This document shows positions 1 to 11,588 of a stretch of DNA of 64,000 nucleotides, piece by piece (the first letter of the stretch is position 1; every line of letters starts with the position of its first letter). This stretch comes from Octopus vulgaris (taxonomy: Eukaryota): assembly GCA_951406725.2 (NCBI GenBank), contig OX597823.1, positions 38,130,001-38,194,000 on the forward strand, written 5' to 3'. The notes beneath the pieces are model-generated. The model saw only the letters and a list, made by a program, of their open reading frames with translations, did no database searches and was not told the DNA's origin. Position numbers and translations under genes: made by a program.

Positions 1-949
1 AATGGTGATGATGGTAATATTTTATTCTTTCTCTCCATATTTCTTCATAAATAGTTGCCCTTCCTACTATTAATCATTCAGCTATGAAATATGAGTAATA
101 CTTGTTCTTTAGTCGTTGTTGCTTGCTCAGGAACATAAAACAGTAACAGATGGTCCAAACTAATGGACTGTAGATCAGTCTCATAATTTAACCTAATCAT
201 TTTGACTTAAAAAAAAAGAAATTCAAAATATTTTTTCTAAGTTAAAAATGTATTTCTCACATAAATCTTCTAAAATTTATTCTTTTAGCTTTTTACTGCT
301 TTCAGTTATTGGACTGCATCCATGTTGGGGGTATCAATTATATTGAGTCCCTAATATTTAATATGTGATCTCTGTTTAATTGAGTGGCTGAATTCATCAA
401 TTGAGTTAATTCCCTTTCACGAGTTGTTTCCCCTTGGGGTATATATACCATACGGACTTCACACTTGTACACACACTCGCAACATACATACACCATCATC
501 GTCGTTTTAATGTCCACTCTTCCATTTTCACATGAGGTGGAGGGACTTCATTCAGGAAGATTTTCTGCAGCCGGATGCACTTTCTTTACCTGCCTTCACC
601 TGTTCCCAAACAATGTTATATTTTACCCAGTCTGTTTAATAACTAAAAAAAAGCCCAAACAAAGATTGTGCAACATGTCAAGAAACCTGGATGTGCTTTT
701 GTGGTTCACTGTAAGCATACAACTCTGTGTTTACAGAATTTAAGCAGGTTAAAGACAAGGAGAAATCAAACACTTGGAGTCACATTTCACATACACACGC
801 ACACGTTTTTTCAGTTTTTGTCTATCAATTTCACTCAGAAGGTATAGGATGTCCTGCAGCTGTAATACAGAATAATATTCATGTGGTGGAGACAGAACCC
901 CCAAAGTTCTCAAGCAAACTTCTTAACCACATACACATATGTATATATA

Positions 950-1310
950 GGTGCTGTAGTGGCTGTGTTGTGAGAAGTTTTCTTCCCAACCACATTGTTT
1001 TCAGTTCATTGTTTTCTGTCCTACTGTGTGGAACCTTGGGCAAATGTCTTCTACTAGCCTTTGGCAAATGGAAACTAAAAGGAGCACTGTGTGTGTGTGT
1101 ATATGTGTATATATGAGTGTGTGTATGTATTTGTGTGCGTGTTACTGTCTTTTTGCCTTGACATTGTGTGATTCTGATCTTGGGGAAATGTTACCTTGCC
1201 TGGAAACAAGTGAGAGTTGGTGATAGGAAGGGTATCTGGCCATAGAAAACCTGTCTCAACAAAATTCCAACCAACCCATGCAAGCATGGAAACATGGAAG
1301 TTAAATCAAT
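950..1310 (+). mobile_element. tRNA-derived SINE (family B, CORE-like 'accttgggcaa' body), decayed
   Basis: Head ggctgtgttgtgagaagtt...ttcagttc, body ggaaccttgggcaaatgtcttctacta and an RTE-like tail aacccatgcaagcatggaaa. Homologous to copies at 12871, 43170, 47176 and 57480. Confidence 0.7.
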
Positions 1311-1329
1311 AATTATGCATACATATATA

Positions 1330-2850
1330 TATCATCTTTTTTTTAACATCTATTCATGCTGGCATGGGTTGGATGGTTTAACAGGAGTTGGCCAGCTGGA
1401 GAGCTGCCCTGGCTCCATTTGTCTGTTTTGGCATGTTTCTGTGGCTTGATGCCCTTCCTAGCACCAACCACTTTACAGAGTGTACTGAGTGCTTTTATGT
1501 GACACTGGCATGGGCGCTTCTACATGGCACCAATGCAGGCACTTTTATGTAACACTGGCATGGATGCTTTTACGTGGTACCAGAACAGATGCTTTTACAT
1601 GGCATCAGAATGGGTGCTTTTACATGGCACCAGCACAGGCACTTTTACAGGGCACCAGCACTGATGCTTTTACATGGCACCAGTGCCCATAACACTAGAA
1701 TCTCTCAGCTCAGAGAGGGATGTAGAGGATATGCCAGCATGCATGGACAGCCACGAATTTACTTAGCTTGACGTGTCTTCTCAAGCACAGCAAATTGTCG
1801 GAAGTCTTGGTCCCTTGTCATCTCCTCTGTGAGGCCCAACATCTGAAGATCCTTTCTCACCACTTTGTACCTCATCTTCCTGGGTCTCCCACTTCTACAT
1901 GTTCCCTCAACAATTAGAGATTGGTACTTCTTAGTGAAGCCGTCCTCATCGATATGCATCACATGACCATACAAAAGCAGTCTTCTATCTTGCACACTAC
2001 ATCTGATGCCTTGTATACCCAATTATTCTCTTAAATCATATACACACTATCATACATGCACACTGACATTACCTATTCAGCAGAACATGGCTTCATTTCT
2101 TTCAAGCCTTTACATATCCTTAGCAGTCATAGCCCATGTCTCTCAGCCATGTACTATAGTTGTTCATAAACAAACATCATACAATATACTTTTCACTCTG
2201 AGTGAGAGGCCCTTTGCTACCAATAAAGATAGCAGCTCTGTGAACTTTTCCCAGCCTATTCTTCTAGCAGCTACACTTTCAGAACTACTTAGGTAACAGA
2301 AACTGTCTACTACTTCTAGGGATTCCACCAGACATATGAGGGAGTCTGTTTCCTGTACCTTCCTGATGTTTAATGTACCTGCATGTCTACCACATATAAA
2401 GACTATTTTCTCTGTTAATCTTCCCATGATACCACTGCACCTCTTGTGTGCTCATAGCTTGTACTGAGTACAGTGTATGGAATTTCTATCAACACCTTTT
2501 CTACATATCAAGTAGGGCCATCTCCCTGAAGGGATCAGTGATTTGTCTGTTTTCCTATTTACTAGGACTTTGGTCTTCGTTAAATTAATTCTAAGGTCCT
2601 TTGATTCTAGACCTTGTTTTCACACCTGAAATTTTTCCTCTAGTTCAGGTAGTGATTCAGCTATAAGAACAAGGTCATTGGCATAGAGGAGCACCCAAGG
2701 GCAGCCAATCTTAAATACATCTGTGATGGCCTGGAGGACTATGATAAACAGGAGTGGGCTGTTCACCTTACTGACAGCATCTCTGTACATGGTTTATACA
2801 GCTCTCATCAACAGCTCATCTATCCCTAGCTTCTGCATTACTCACCAGAT
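1330..2850 (-). mobile_element. RTE-clade LINE, older subfamily, 5'-truncated (RT C-terminus plus 3' UTR)
   Basis: Minus ORFs 2164..2427 (RIGWEKFTELLSLLVAKGLSLRVK) and 1759..2022 (RRLLLYGHVMH...GRPRK) are homologous to the RTE ORF at 3688..4515. The shared RTE 3' tail lies at 1330-1490. Confidence 0.85.
1488..1690. repeat. 25-bp minisatellite, about 8 units, inside the RTE 3' UTR
   Basis: Units such as gtgcttttacatggcaccagcacag are repeated head-to-tail without spacers. Confidence 0.85.
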
Positions 2851-2868
2851 GTTGTTCACAGAGTTATT

Positions 2869-4515
2869 GTGCCGAATGTTGACCCAACAGAGGGACCAGC
2901 TATCCGAGTTGACAGTTCCTTGGTAGTTAAGGCAATTAGAAGCATGAAGACAGGGAAAGCCCCAGGCCCATCAGGAATCACTGCAGAGATGCTCAAAATA
3001 TCCGGTAGTGTCGGCTATAGCCTAGTCACCCGTATAGTTAATCAGGTGATACACAAAGGAGTCATACCCAATGACTGGTGTAGCAGCATAATAGTCAACT
3101 GCTACAAAGGTAAAGGTGACGCCCTAGATACAAATAATTACAGAGGTATCAAGTTGTTGGATCAGGTAATGAAGGTTACGGAGAGGGTCATAGCCCAACT
3201 AATTAGAGAGAGAGTTAGTTTAGATGAGATGCAGTTTGGGTTCGTGCCAGGGAAAAGTACCACTGATGCTATATTCCTGGTAAGGCAGCTGCAGGAGAAA
3301 TACCTAGCCAAAGATAAGCCCCTGTACCTGGCTTTTGTTGACATGGAGAAAGCCTTCGACAGGGTCCTCCGATCCCTTATCTGGTGGTCAATGAGGAAAC
3401 TAGGGATAGATGAATGGTTAGTGAGAGCTGTGCGAGCCATGTACATGGACGCTGCTAGTAAGGTGAGGGTTGGCAACGAGTACAGTGAAGAATTCCGGGT
3501 AGAGGTAGGGGTCTACCAAGGCTCAGTCCTCAGCCCCCTCCTATTTATCATAGTCCTCCAGGCAATAACGGAGGAATTCAAGACAGTATACCCCTGGGAG
3601 CTCCTCTATGCTGATGACCTTGCTCTAATTGCTGAGTCACTATCAGAACTGGAGGAGAAATTTCAGGTGTGGTAGCAAGGATTAGAATTGAAGGGCCTGA
3701 GAGTCAATCTAGCTAAAACCAAAGTCCTAATAAGTAGGAAGGTAGACAAATCACAAACACCTTCAGATAGATGGCCCTGCTCGATCTGTAGAAAAGGTGT
3801 AGGTAGAAACTCTATAAGATGCACCAAGTGTAAGCTATGGACACATAAGAGGTGCAGCAATGTCAAAGGAAGGCTAACTAGGAAGATAGTTTTTGTATGT
3901 GGCAGATGCTCAGGAGCAATAAACACCAAAAATGCTCTGAGACCAACTTCTGCCACTTTCCAGGGAGAAAAACTAGAAATAGTTGATAGCTTTCGTTACG
4001 TAGGTGACCAAGTCTGTAGCCGGGGCAGGTGTGCTGAAAGTGTAACTGCTAGAGTAAGAATAGCTTGGGCAAAGTTCAGAGAGCTCTTACCTCTGCTGGT
4101 GACAAAAGGCCTCTCGCTCAGAGTAAAAGGCAGACTGTATGACACGTGTGTACGAACAGCCATGCTACATGGCAGTGAAACATGGGCTGTGCCTGCTGAG
4201 GATATGCATAAGCTCACAAGAAATGAAGCCAGTATGCTCCGCTGGATGTGTAATGTCAGTGTTCATACTCGACAGAGTGTAAGTACCTTGAGAGAAAAGC
4301 TGGACCTAAGAAGCATCAGATGTGGTGTGCAAGAGAGACGTTTGCACTGGTATGGTCATGTGGCAAGAATGGATGAAGATAGTTGTGTGAAAAAGTGCCA
4401 CACCCTAGCAGTTGAGGGAACCTGTGGAAGAGGCAGACCCAGGAAAACCTGGAACGAGGTGGTGAAGCACGACCTTCGAACTTTAGGTCTCACTGAGGAA
4501 ATGACTAGAGACTGA
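2869..4515 (+). pseudogene. RTE reverse transcriptase ORF (partial, interrupted by a nonsense codon at 3673-3675)
   Basis: YADD catalytic motif and a continuous frame across the TAG. The homologous copy at ~6900 reads WK at this position. Confidence 0.9.
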
Positions 4516-5079
4516 GACCTCTGGAAGTATGCTGTGCGTGAGAAGACCCAGCAGGACAAGTGAGACCATAACCCATGGCCTTCTACACGGGATGTAGTCA
4601 GTCCACTTATGCATACCTTCCCTTCTTGGGACACAAAACTCTACTTGTGAAGACCTGTTGAGGCAAGTGAGAATCAGAATCGAAATCGGTCAATGGAAAT
4701 TGCAGCTGAGATACCAGTACCGGTAGCACGTAAGAGAACCATCCAACCGCGGCCATTGCCAGCGCCGCCCCGACTGGCCTCGTGCCGGTGGCACGTAAAA
4801 AGCACCATCCGTTCGTGGCCATTGCTAGCCTCGCCTGGCCCCCGTGCCGGTGGCACATAATAAGCACCATCCGATCGTGGCCGTTTGCCAGACTCGTCTG
4901 GCACCTGTGCCGGTGGCCCGTAAAAATCACCCACTACACTCATGGAGTGGTTGGCGTTAGGAAGGGCATCCAGCCGTAGAAACATTGCCAGATCAGACTG
5001 GGCCTGGTGCAGCCTTCTGGCTTCCCAGACCCCAGTTGAACCATCCAACCCATGCTAGCATGGAAAGCAGACGCTAAAC

Positions 5080-5110
<31 letters not shown>
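2869..5110 (+). mobile_element. Young RTE-clade LINE, 5'-truncated: RT domain, PHD-like finger, 3' UTR with ~60-bp subrepeats, (GAT)n tail
   Basis: ORFs 2869..3675 and 3688..4515 are in the same frame, split by one TAG. Motifs: KAPGPSG, NYRGIKLL, QFGF, FVDMEKAFD, GVYQGSVLSP, LLYADD, HGSETW, GRGRPRKTW. Tail gatgatgatg at 5081-5110. Confidence 0.95.
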
Positions 5111-5112
<2 letters not shown>

Positions 5113-5336
5113 AAGAAGTTAGAAAATTTATTAGTATTATTATTCACTATCACACATATTTCATTTTCTACTAGGAATTACATAGTTTTACACATACATG
5201 TACAAAATAACATACACACAAGCATATGTATATGTATGTCATTGTGTATAGGTATGTGTATATAAAAATTTTTATGTGTATACATTTACATATGTATTTA
5301 TGTATGTATATAAATAAATAAATAATCAAGGTATCC

Positions 5337-5410
5337 TTGGCCTGAAGAATAGTTTGTTGTATAATTAGTACTTCTCAGGTTCCGCTAGCTATAAAACATA
5401 TGTTATCCCA
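5337..5410 (+). ncRNA. Decayed type I hammerhead-ribozyme-like motif
   Basis: CTGAAGA (5342-5348), stem II atagtt/agctat, AAAAC (G12>A), palindromic ACatatGT stem III and GTT. Stem I is poor. Confidence 0.4.
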
Positions 5411-5429
5411 TTCCCTAATTTTGGATATA

Positions 5430-7974
5430 TCATCATCATCATCATCATCGTTTAACATCTGCTTTCCATGCTGGCATGGGTTAGATGCTTTGACTGAGCC
5501 AGAGGCTGCACCAGGCTCAATCTGGTCTGGCAAAGTTTCTACAGCTGGATGCCCTTCCTAATGCCAACCATTCCGAGAGTGTAGTGGGTACTTTTTACAT
5601 GCCACTGGCATGAGGGCCAGTCAGACGGTTCTGGCAATGACCACGCTCATGCTCAAAAGGTGTTTTTACGTGCTACCTGCATGGGAGCCAGACCAGCGGC
5701 ACTTGCAACAACTACGCTCAAGTGTTGCTTTTCATGTACTGGTAAGGCGGCGCTGGCTACGATCATGCTTGAATGATACTTTTCACATGTCACAGGCACA
5801 GGAGCCAATCCGTGGCCCTGGCAATGGTCTTGCTGAGATGTGCTTTTAATGTTCCATTGGCACAAGTGCCAATCAGACGGTACTGTCATCAGCTACGTCA
5901 GTGATTTTGGTTTGTTTACACTTGCCTCAATAGGTCTTCACAAGCAAAGTTCATTGTCCAATGAATGAGGGGTATTCATAAATGAGCTGATTACACCAAC
6001 TGGCATAGGCTATGGGCTATGGTTTCACTTGGCTTGTTGGGTCTTCTCAAGCACAGCATATCTCCAAAGGTCCCGGTCATTGCCTCGGTAAGGCCCAATG
6101 TTCGAAGGTCGTACTTCACCTCATCCCAGGTTTTCCTGGGTCTACCTCTTCCACGGTTTCCCTCGACTGTTAGGGTGTGACACTTTTTCACACAGCTGTC
6201 CTCATTCATTTGCAACACATGACCATACCAGTGCAGTCGTCTCTCTTGCACATCACATCTGATGCTTCTTAAATCCAACTTTTCTCTCAGGGTGCTTGCA
6301 CTCTGTTGTGTATGCACACTGATATTACACATCCAGTGGAGCATACTGGCTTCATTTCTTGCGAGCTTATGCATATCCTCAGCAGTCATGGCCCATGTTT
6401 CACTGCCATGTAGCATGGCTGTTCATACACACGCGTCATACAGTCTGCCTTTTACTCTGAGCGAGAGGCCTTTTGTCACCAGTAGAGGTATGAGCTCTCT
6501 GAACTTTGCCCAAGCTATTCTTACTCTAGCAGTTACACTTTCAGCACACCCGTCCCCGCTACTGATTTGGTCACCTAGGTAACGGAAGCTATCGACTATT
6601 TCTAGTTTTTCTCCCTGGAAAGTGGCAGAAGTTGGTCTCAGAGCATTTTCAGTGTTTATTGCTCCTGAGCATCTGCCACATACAAAAACTATCTTCCTAG
6701 TTAGCCTTCCTTTGACATTGCTGCACCTCTTATGTGTCTATAGCTTACACTTGGTGCATCTTATAGAGTTTCTACCTACACCTTTTCTACAGATCGAGCA
6801 GGGCCATCTACCTGAAGGCGTTTGTGATTTGTCTACCTTCCTACTTATTAGGACTTTGGTTTTAGCTAGATTGACTCTCAGGCCCTTCGATTCTAATCCT
6901 TACTTCCACACCTGAAACTTCTCCTCCAGTTCTGATAGTGACTTAGCAATTAGAGCAAGGTCATCAGCATAGAGGAGCTCCCAGGGGTATACTGTCTTGA
7001 ATTCCACTGTTATTGCTTTGAGAACTACGATGAATAAAAGGGGACTGAGGACAGATCCTTGGTGGACCCCTACATCTACTCGGAATTCTTCACTGTACTC
7101 GTTGCCAACCCTCACCTTACTGACAACATTCATCTATCCTTAGTTTCCAGATAAGGGATTGGGGGTCCCTGTCAAAGGCTTTCTCCATGTCAATGAAAGT
7201 CAGGTACAGGGGTTTATCTTTGACTAGGCATTTCTCCTGCAGCTGTCTTACCAGAAATATAGCATCAGTGGTGCTTTTCCCTAGCACGAACCCAAACTGC
7301 ATCTCATCTAGATGACTCTCTTCTTAATTAGTTGGGCTATGACCCTCTCTGTGACCTTCATTACCTGATCCAACAACTTGATACCTCTGTAATTATTTGT
7401 ATCTTAGGCATCACATTTACCTTTGTAGCAGCTGACTATGGTGTTGCTACACCAATCATTGGGTATGACTCCTTCATGTATCACCTGGTTAACTATATGG
7501 GTGACTAGACTATAGCCGACACCACCAGATATTTTAAGCATCTCTGCAGTGATTCCTGATGGGCTGGGGGCTTTCCCTGTCTTTGTACCCTTAGTTGCTT
7601 TATCTACCAAGGTACTGTCAATTTGGATAGCTGGTCCCTCTGTTGGGTCGACATTCAGCAGACTCTCTTTCTCCCATTCATTCTCTTTATTGAGCAATCT
7701 TTCATAGTGGCGTCTCCAAACCTCTCTCTTTGCAGCCTCATTTAGTGTAAGAGAACCATCATCCATACGGACACATTTCTCTCCTACAACATCACGATTC
7801 TCTCTCATGCACTGTCTTGCAACACGAAATACCTCAAGTCTTTAGTTCTCACAGTGCAGAACATTGGCAAATTTTTTCTTATCTGCTTCCCCTCTGGCTA
7901 AATAAACCTGTCTCCTAGCTTCCCTTCTGGCAGTCTGATACAATTCCCTGCTACCACCATTCTTCCAGTCTTTC

Positions 7975-7978
<4 letters not shown>
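5430..7978 (-). mobile_element. Young RTE-clade LINE, 5'-truncated, with frameshifts
   Basis: Minus ORFs 7404..7808, 7117..7302, 6900..7133 (LLYADD) and 5991..6416 are near-identical to the 2869-4515 protein. (CAT)n tail at 5430-5449. The 5' end abuts (TA)n. Confidence 0.95.

Positions 7979-8038
<60 letters not shown>
7978..8038. repeat. (TA)n microsatellite
   Basis: Direct reading. Confidence 0.95.
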
Positions 8039-8041
<3 letters not shown>

Positions 8042-8218
8042 CAGAGCAGTCACCATATTCTCTTCAATATCAGTGAACTTTGATGAGCGTAAGGTTATAT
8101 AATCAGATTGTTACCTAACATTCAATTGTATTCCTTGTGAGAAACCGATTGTTAAAATCAGCCATGATGGATATATATAATACTGTACATTTTGGATGAT
8201 GTATATATATATATATAT

Positions 8219-9055
8219 AGCAAATAAGTAACAAGGATGTCCAGATATCAGTGCATTATGGTCGTTTCATGCGGCTCCATTTAATTCATCAATGAAAACA
8301 TCACATCAGTTTGGAATAAACCACTCTCCTTGGGCGCAGACGACTGTATAGATTTCCAACATAAAGAATAAACCATTATTTTTGTAGACAACCCTTTAGA
8401 ATTCTAAGGGGTTGTAGACAATTGGCTGCATTAAATCTTATGAATGTGATAAAGATAAATACAAATGTAGCTATATCACCATTCCTCTTTCTTGACTCCC
8501 ATTATTTTTGTCTGCCACTCTAAATTGTAGTAGGCTTTTAATATACATTTTTTCCCTAAATTCATTAAATTTCTTTACTACCCACAAGGGGCTAAACACA
8601 TAGAGGACAAACTAGGACAGACAAATGGATTAAGTTGATTATATTGACCCCAGTGCATAACTGGTACTTATTTAATTGACCCCGAAAGGATGAAAGGCAA
8701 AGTCGACCTCGGCGGAATTTGAACTCAGAATGTAGTGGCAGACGAAATACCGCAAAGCATTTCGCCTGGCATGCGAACGATTCTGCCAGCTCGCTGCCTA
8801 AATTCATTTCCCTAAATTCATTCTGCCACAAAAATAGCAAATTGAAACAATGCAGTTATTTTAGTCTTTTGTACTGATAAAATTTTGCTAAAAAATAATG
8901 GTTTATCCTTTATGTTGGAAATCTATATGTTTGTCTGCATCGAAGGAGAGTGGTTTATTTCAAATTGATGTAATGTTTTTATTGATTGGTTAAATGGAGC
9001 TGCTTGAAATGGCCGTAATGCACTGATATGTGGATATCCTTATTACTTATTTGCT
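8219..9055. mobile_element. Element with ~165-bp imperfect inverted arms (8219-8385 and 8888-9055), probably Penelope pLTR-derived
   Basis: The arms are reverse-complementary (caaataagtaacaaggatgtccag... versus ...gtggatatccttattacttatttg). Each carries a decayed hammerhead layout (tgcat-cgaagga...GAAA..GTA-atgca) and resembles the 54310 and 56840 elements. Confidence 0.7.
8567..8797 (-). mobile_element. tRNA-derived SINE (family A) with target-site duplication
   Basis: The minus strand reads gcgagctggcagaatcgtt...gagttcaaattccgccgaggtcgactttgcctttcatcctttcgggg. Flanked by ttccctaaattcatt at 8552-8566 and 8808-8822. Confidence 0.85.
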
Positions 9056-9107
9056 TTTTATTCATCTAACTTTGAGCTGCATGGACTATACCAAACTGGC
9101 TTGATGC

Positions 9108-9264
9108 CACATACATACATAAATACATACATACATAGATAGATAGATAGATACATACATACATCAATACATACATACATACATCAATACATACATACAT
9201 ACATACATACATACATACATACATACATACATACATACATACATACATACATACATACATACAT

Positions 9265-9296
<32 letters not shown>

Positions 9297-9340
9297 GCAC
9301 ACACAGACACACACACATACATACATACATACATACATAC
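9108..9340. repeat. Compound (TACA)n/(TAGA)n/(CA)n microsatellite
   Basis: Direct reading. Confidence 0.95.
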
Positions 9341-9711
9341 TGTTGTAGCTCTCTGTTGGTTGCGCCAATGAGGATTCCAGTTGATCCAATCAATGGAATA
9401 GCCTGCTCATGAAATTAATGTGCAAGTGGCTGAGCACTCCACAAACATGTGTACCCTTAATGCAGTTCTCAAGAAGATTCAACGTAACACAGGGTGTGAC
9501 AAGGCTGGCCCTTTGAAATACAGGTACAACAGAAAGAGTGAGAAAAAGTTGTGGTGAAAGAGTACAGCAGGGTTCACCACCACCCTCTGCTAGAGCCTTG
9601 GAGCTTTAGGTGTTTATGTTAAAAAAAACACTCACAATACCCGATCTGGGAATTGTAACTGCAATCCTACCTCCTCAAGTCCATTGCCCTAACCACTGGG
9701 CCACTGCGCCT

Positions 9712-9712
<1 letters not shown>
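9341..9712 (-). mobile_element. tRNA-derived SINE (family C-related)
   Basis: Minus head ggaggcgcagtggcccagtggttagggc. The 3' part matches the SINE at 15541-15838 (gccagccttgtcaca...gtggagtgctca). Confidence 0.7.
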
Positions 9713-9771
<59 letters not shown>

Positions 9772-10012
9772 TAGAAAATTACAGAAAAACAAAGACGAAG
9801 AAGGTGCATAAGCAACAAGCAGGTGTATTAGTTTAATGCTCAGGAAGGTGAAAAAGTCTTTTATGTTTTGAGCCTACACTCTTCAACAGAAAGGAACACA
9901 AGGAAACAAAACAGAGTAAGAAAAAACAGAAAATTCAAAATAGTTCAAAACGGTTCAAATGTCATGGTGTATTGGAATGATTTTTTATCAACTGAAGAGT
10001 TCAGTGAAATCC

Positions 10013-10046
<34 letters not shown>

Positions 10047-10440
10047 TTAAAACTTACATTGGTAATTGGTTCCAAGACATTAGTTGGTAAAGCAACAAAA
10101 TATGAAATAAAATATTTAAACATTGATTTGCTTATATCTGTTTTAATAAAGGATCTGTAAATATTTTCATATTTGATTTATTTGATTTTTTCCACTTCAG
10201 TTTTCATTTCCAGTTGTGTTTTTAATTTTTATTCTTTTAAAAATGTTCACTGAGACCAGCACGAAGCCAGATAAATTGACTGAAGTTAAGGTTCACTTTT
10301 TCCATTAGTTTCTTATAAAAAGAATGGAAGGTCAAACAAGATATAACTTAGGACAATGTAAATTGAAGTATGCTTGTATATAGGTTTGTTTGTGTGTGCA
10401 TATATCTATACACAAATACACACACACACACACATACATA

Positions 10441-10580
10441 TATTTTATTATTTTTAATCAGCAGAAGTTATGATGTGTCTCAAGGGCTGAGAGTTTTATG
10501 TATGGCATGCGATAAGTACCTTGCATGAAACTCTTATCCCTCAAGCCACATTTCTACTGATTCAAAATAATAAAAATATA
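10441..10580. repeat. ~140-bp imperfect palindrome (fold-back), PLE-terminus-like
   Basis: tattttattatttttaatcagcagaag...gagttttatg pairs with gcatgaaactc...tttctactgattcaaaataataaaaata. Confidence 0.7.
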
Positions 10581-11588
10581 TACATACTCATGGACTGAGT
10601 TCTATTTATCCTGTTTTTGTTTCTACCAAACCTATGTCTGTATGTATATATTATATCTATATCCATGTGTACACACATACAAGCAGATATGCACATACAT
10701 ATACATTTTTAAAAATACAGGCCTTCGTGATTGCAGGTCCCATTAGAGATGTTAATCAAAAATGGGTTTGAACAAGCCAATCACAAGTTCACATTTCTCA
10801 AGGAGAATATGACAGAAAATGTTTGCACATGTGACTTTTGGCAAAGTTTGCATTCCATCAGTTGAAATGCCTCCGATTGCAGTTTTCTAAAGTTTCCTCT
10901 GCATGCCGATAGCTAAATGCATCACACTTAAAGAAAGCATGTTCACAATTGTAACTGCTGTCGCTTGAACAATGACATCATCCATATAGTAGCAATAGCA
11001 TAGCTACGAGTTCTGATCAGCTGTAGCTATCATACAGTTTGTAGAGTCCTGTATTGTGTTGCAGTAACCTGTATCCTAGGATATATGCTGTTGATAAGAA
11101 GGCTGTAGCTAGATTTAGCTCAATAAAATGTGACAATCCACAGGTACTTTCTTTCAGTTGTGTCAAGGTAACTGGATATGCAATGAGAAGAATTCATCCG
11201 TAACAGAGATAACTACACAACAAAGCCTGGTGCCGTATAAATCTTAATTTCATACTTAATGACTTTGCAAATTGTCATGATGTTCCAATACTTTGTAGCA
11301 GTCAGTGTGCATATTTTCAGCCCACACCTGTTGCTATATATAGAATCAATCACAAATTCAAGAGTCCTTATATTTCTTAAAGTCTAGTTAAATTTTTTAT
11401 AGATTACATACATACATACATACATGCATGCATTTATACATACATACATACATACATACATACATACATACATACATAGACACACACACACACACATTTG
11501 CATATATAAATGTATGTGCGTGTGTGTGGGTATTTATGTTTTTCAACCCAATATTGACATACTATTATTTATAGCTTTATGTGATGTA

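Noticed and set aside
1488-1690. CRISPR-like short repeats
   Set aside because: The units are contiguous with no unique spacers, lie inside a LINE 3' UTR in eukaryotic DNA, and have no cas genes nearby.
1760-5110. Twin-priming inversion of a single LINE
   Set aside because: The minus and plus parts cover the same RT region, differ in divergence and each has its own tail. They are two separate insertions.
9066-9393. ORFs rich in YVCM, YI, HT, poly-W, poly-I or poly-N (also near 13 kb, 18 kb, 29 kb, 36 kb and 50-51 kb)
   Set aside because: They are translations of microsatellites.
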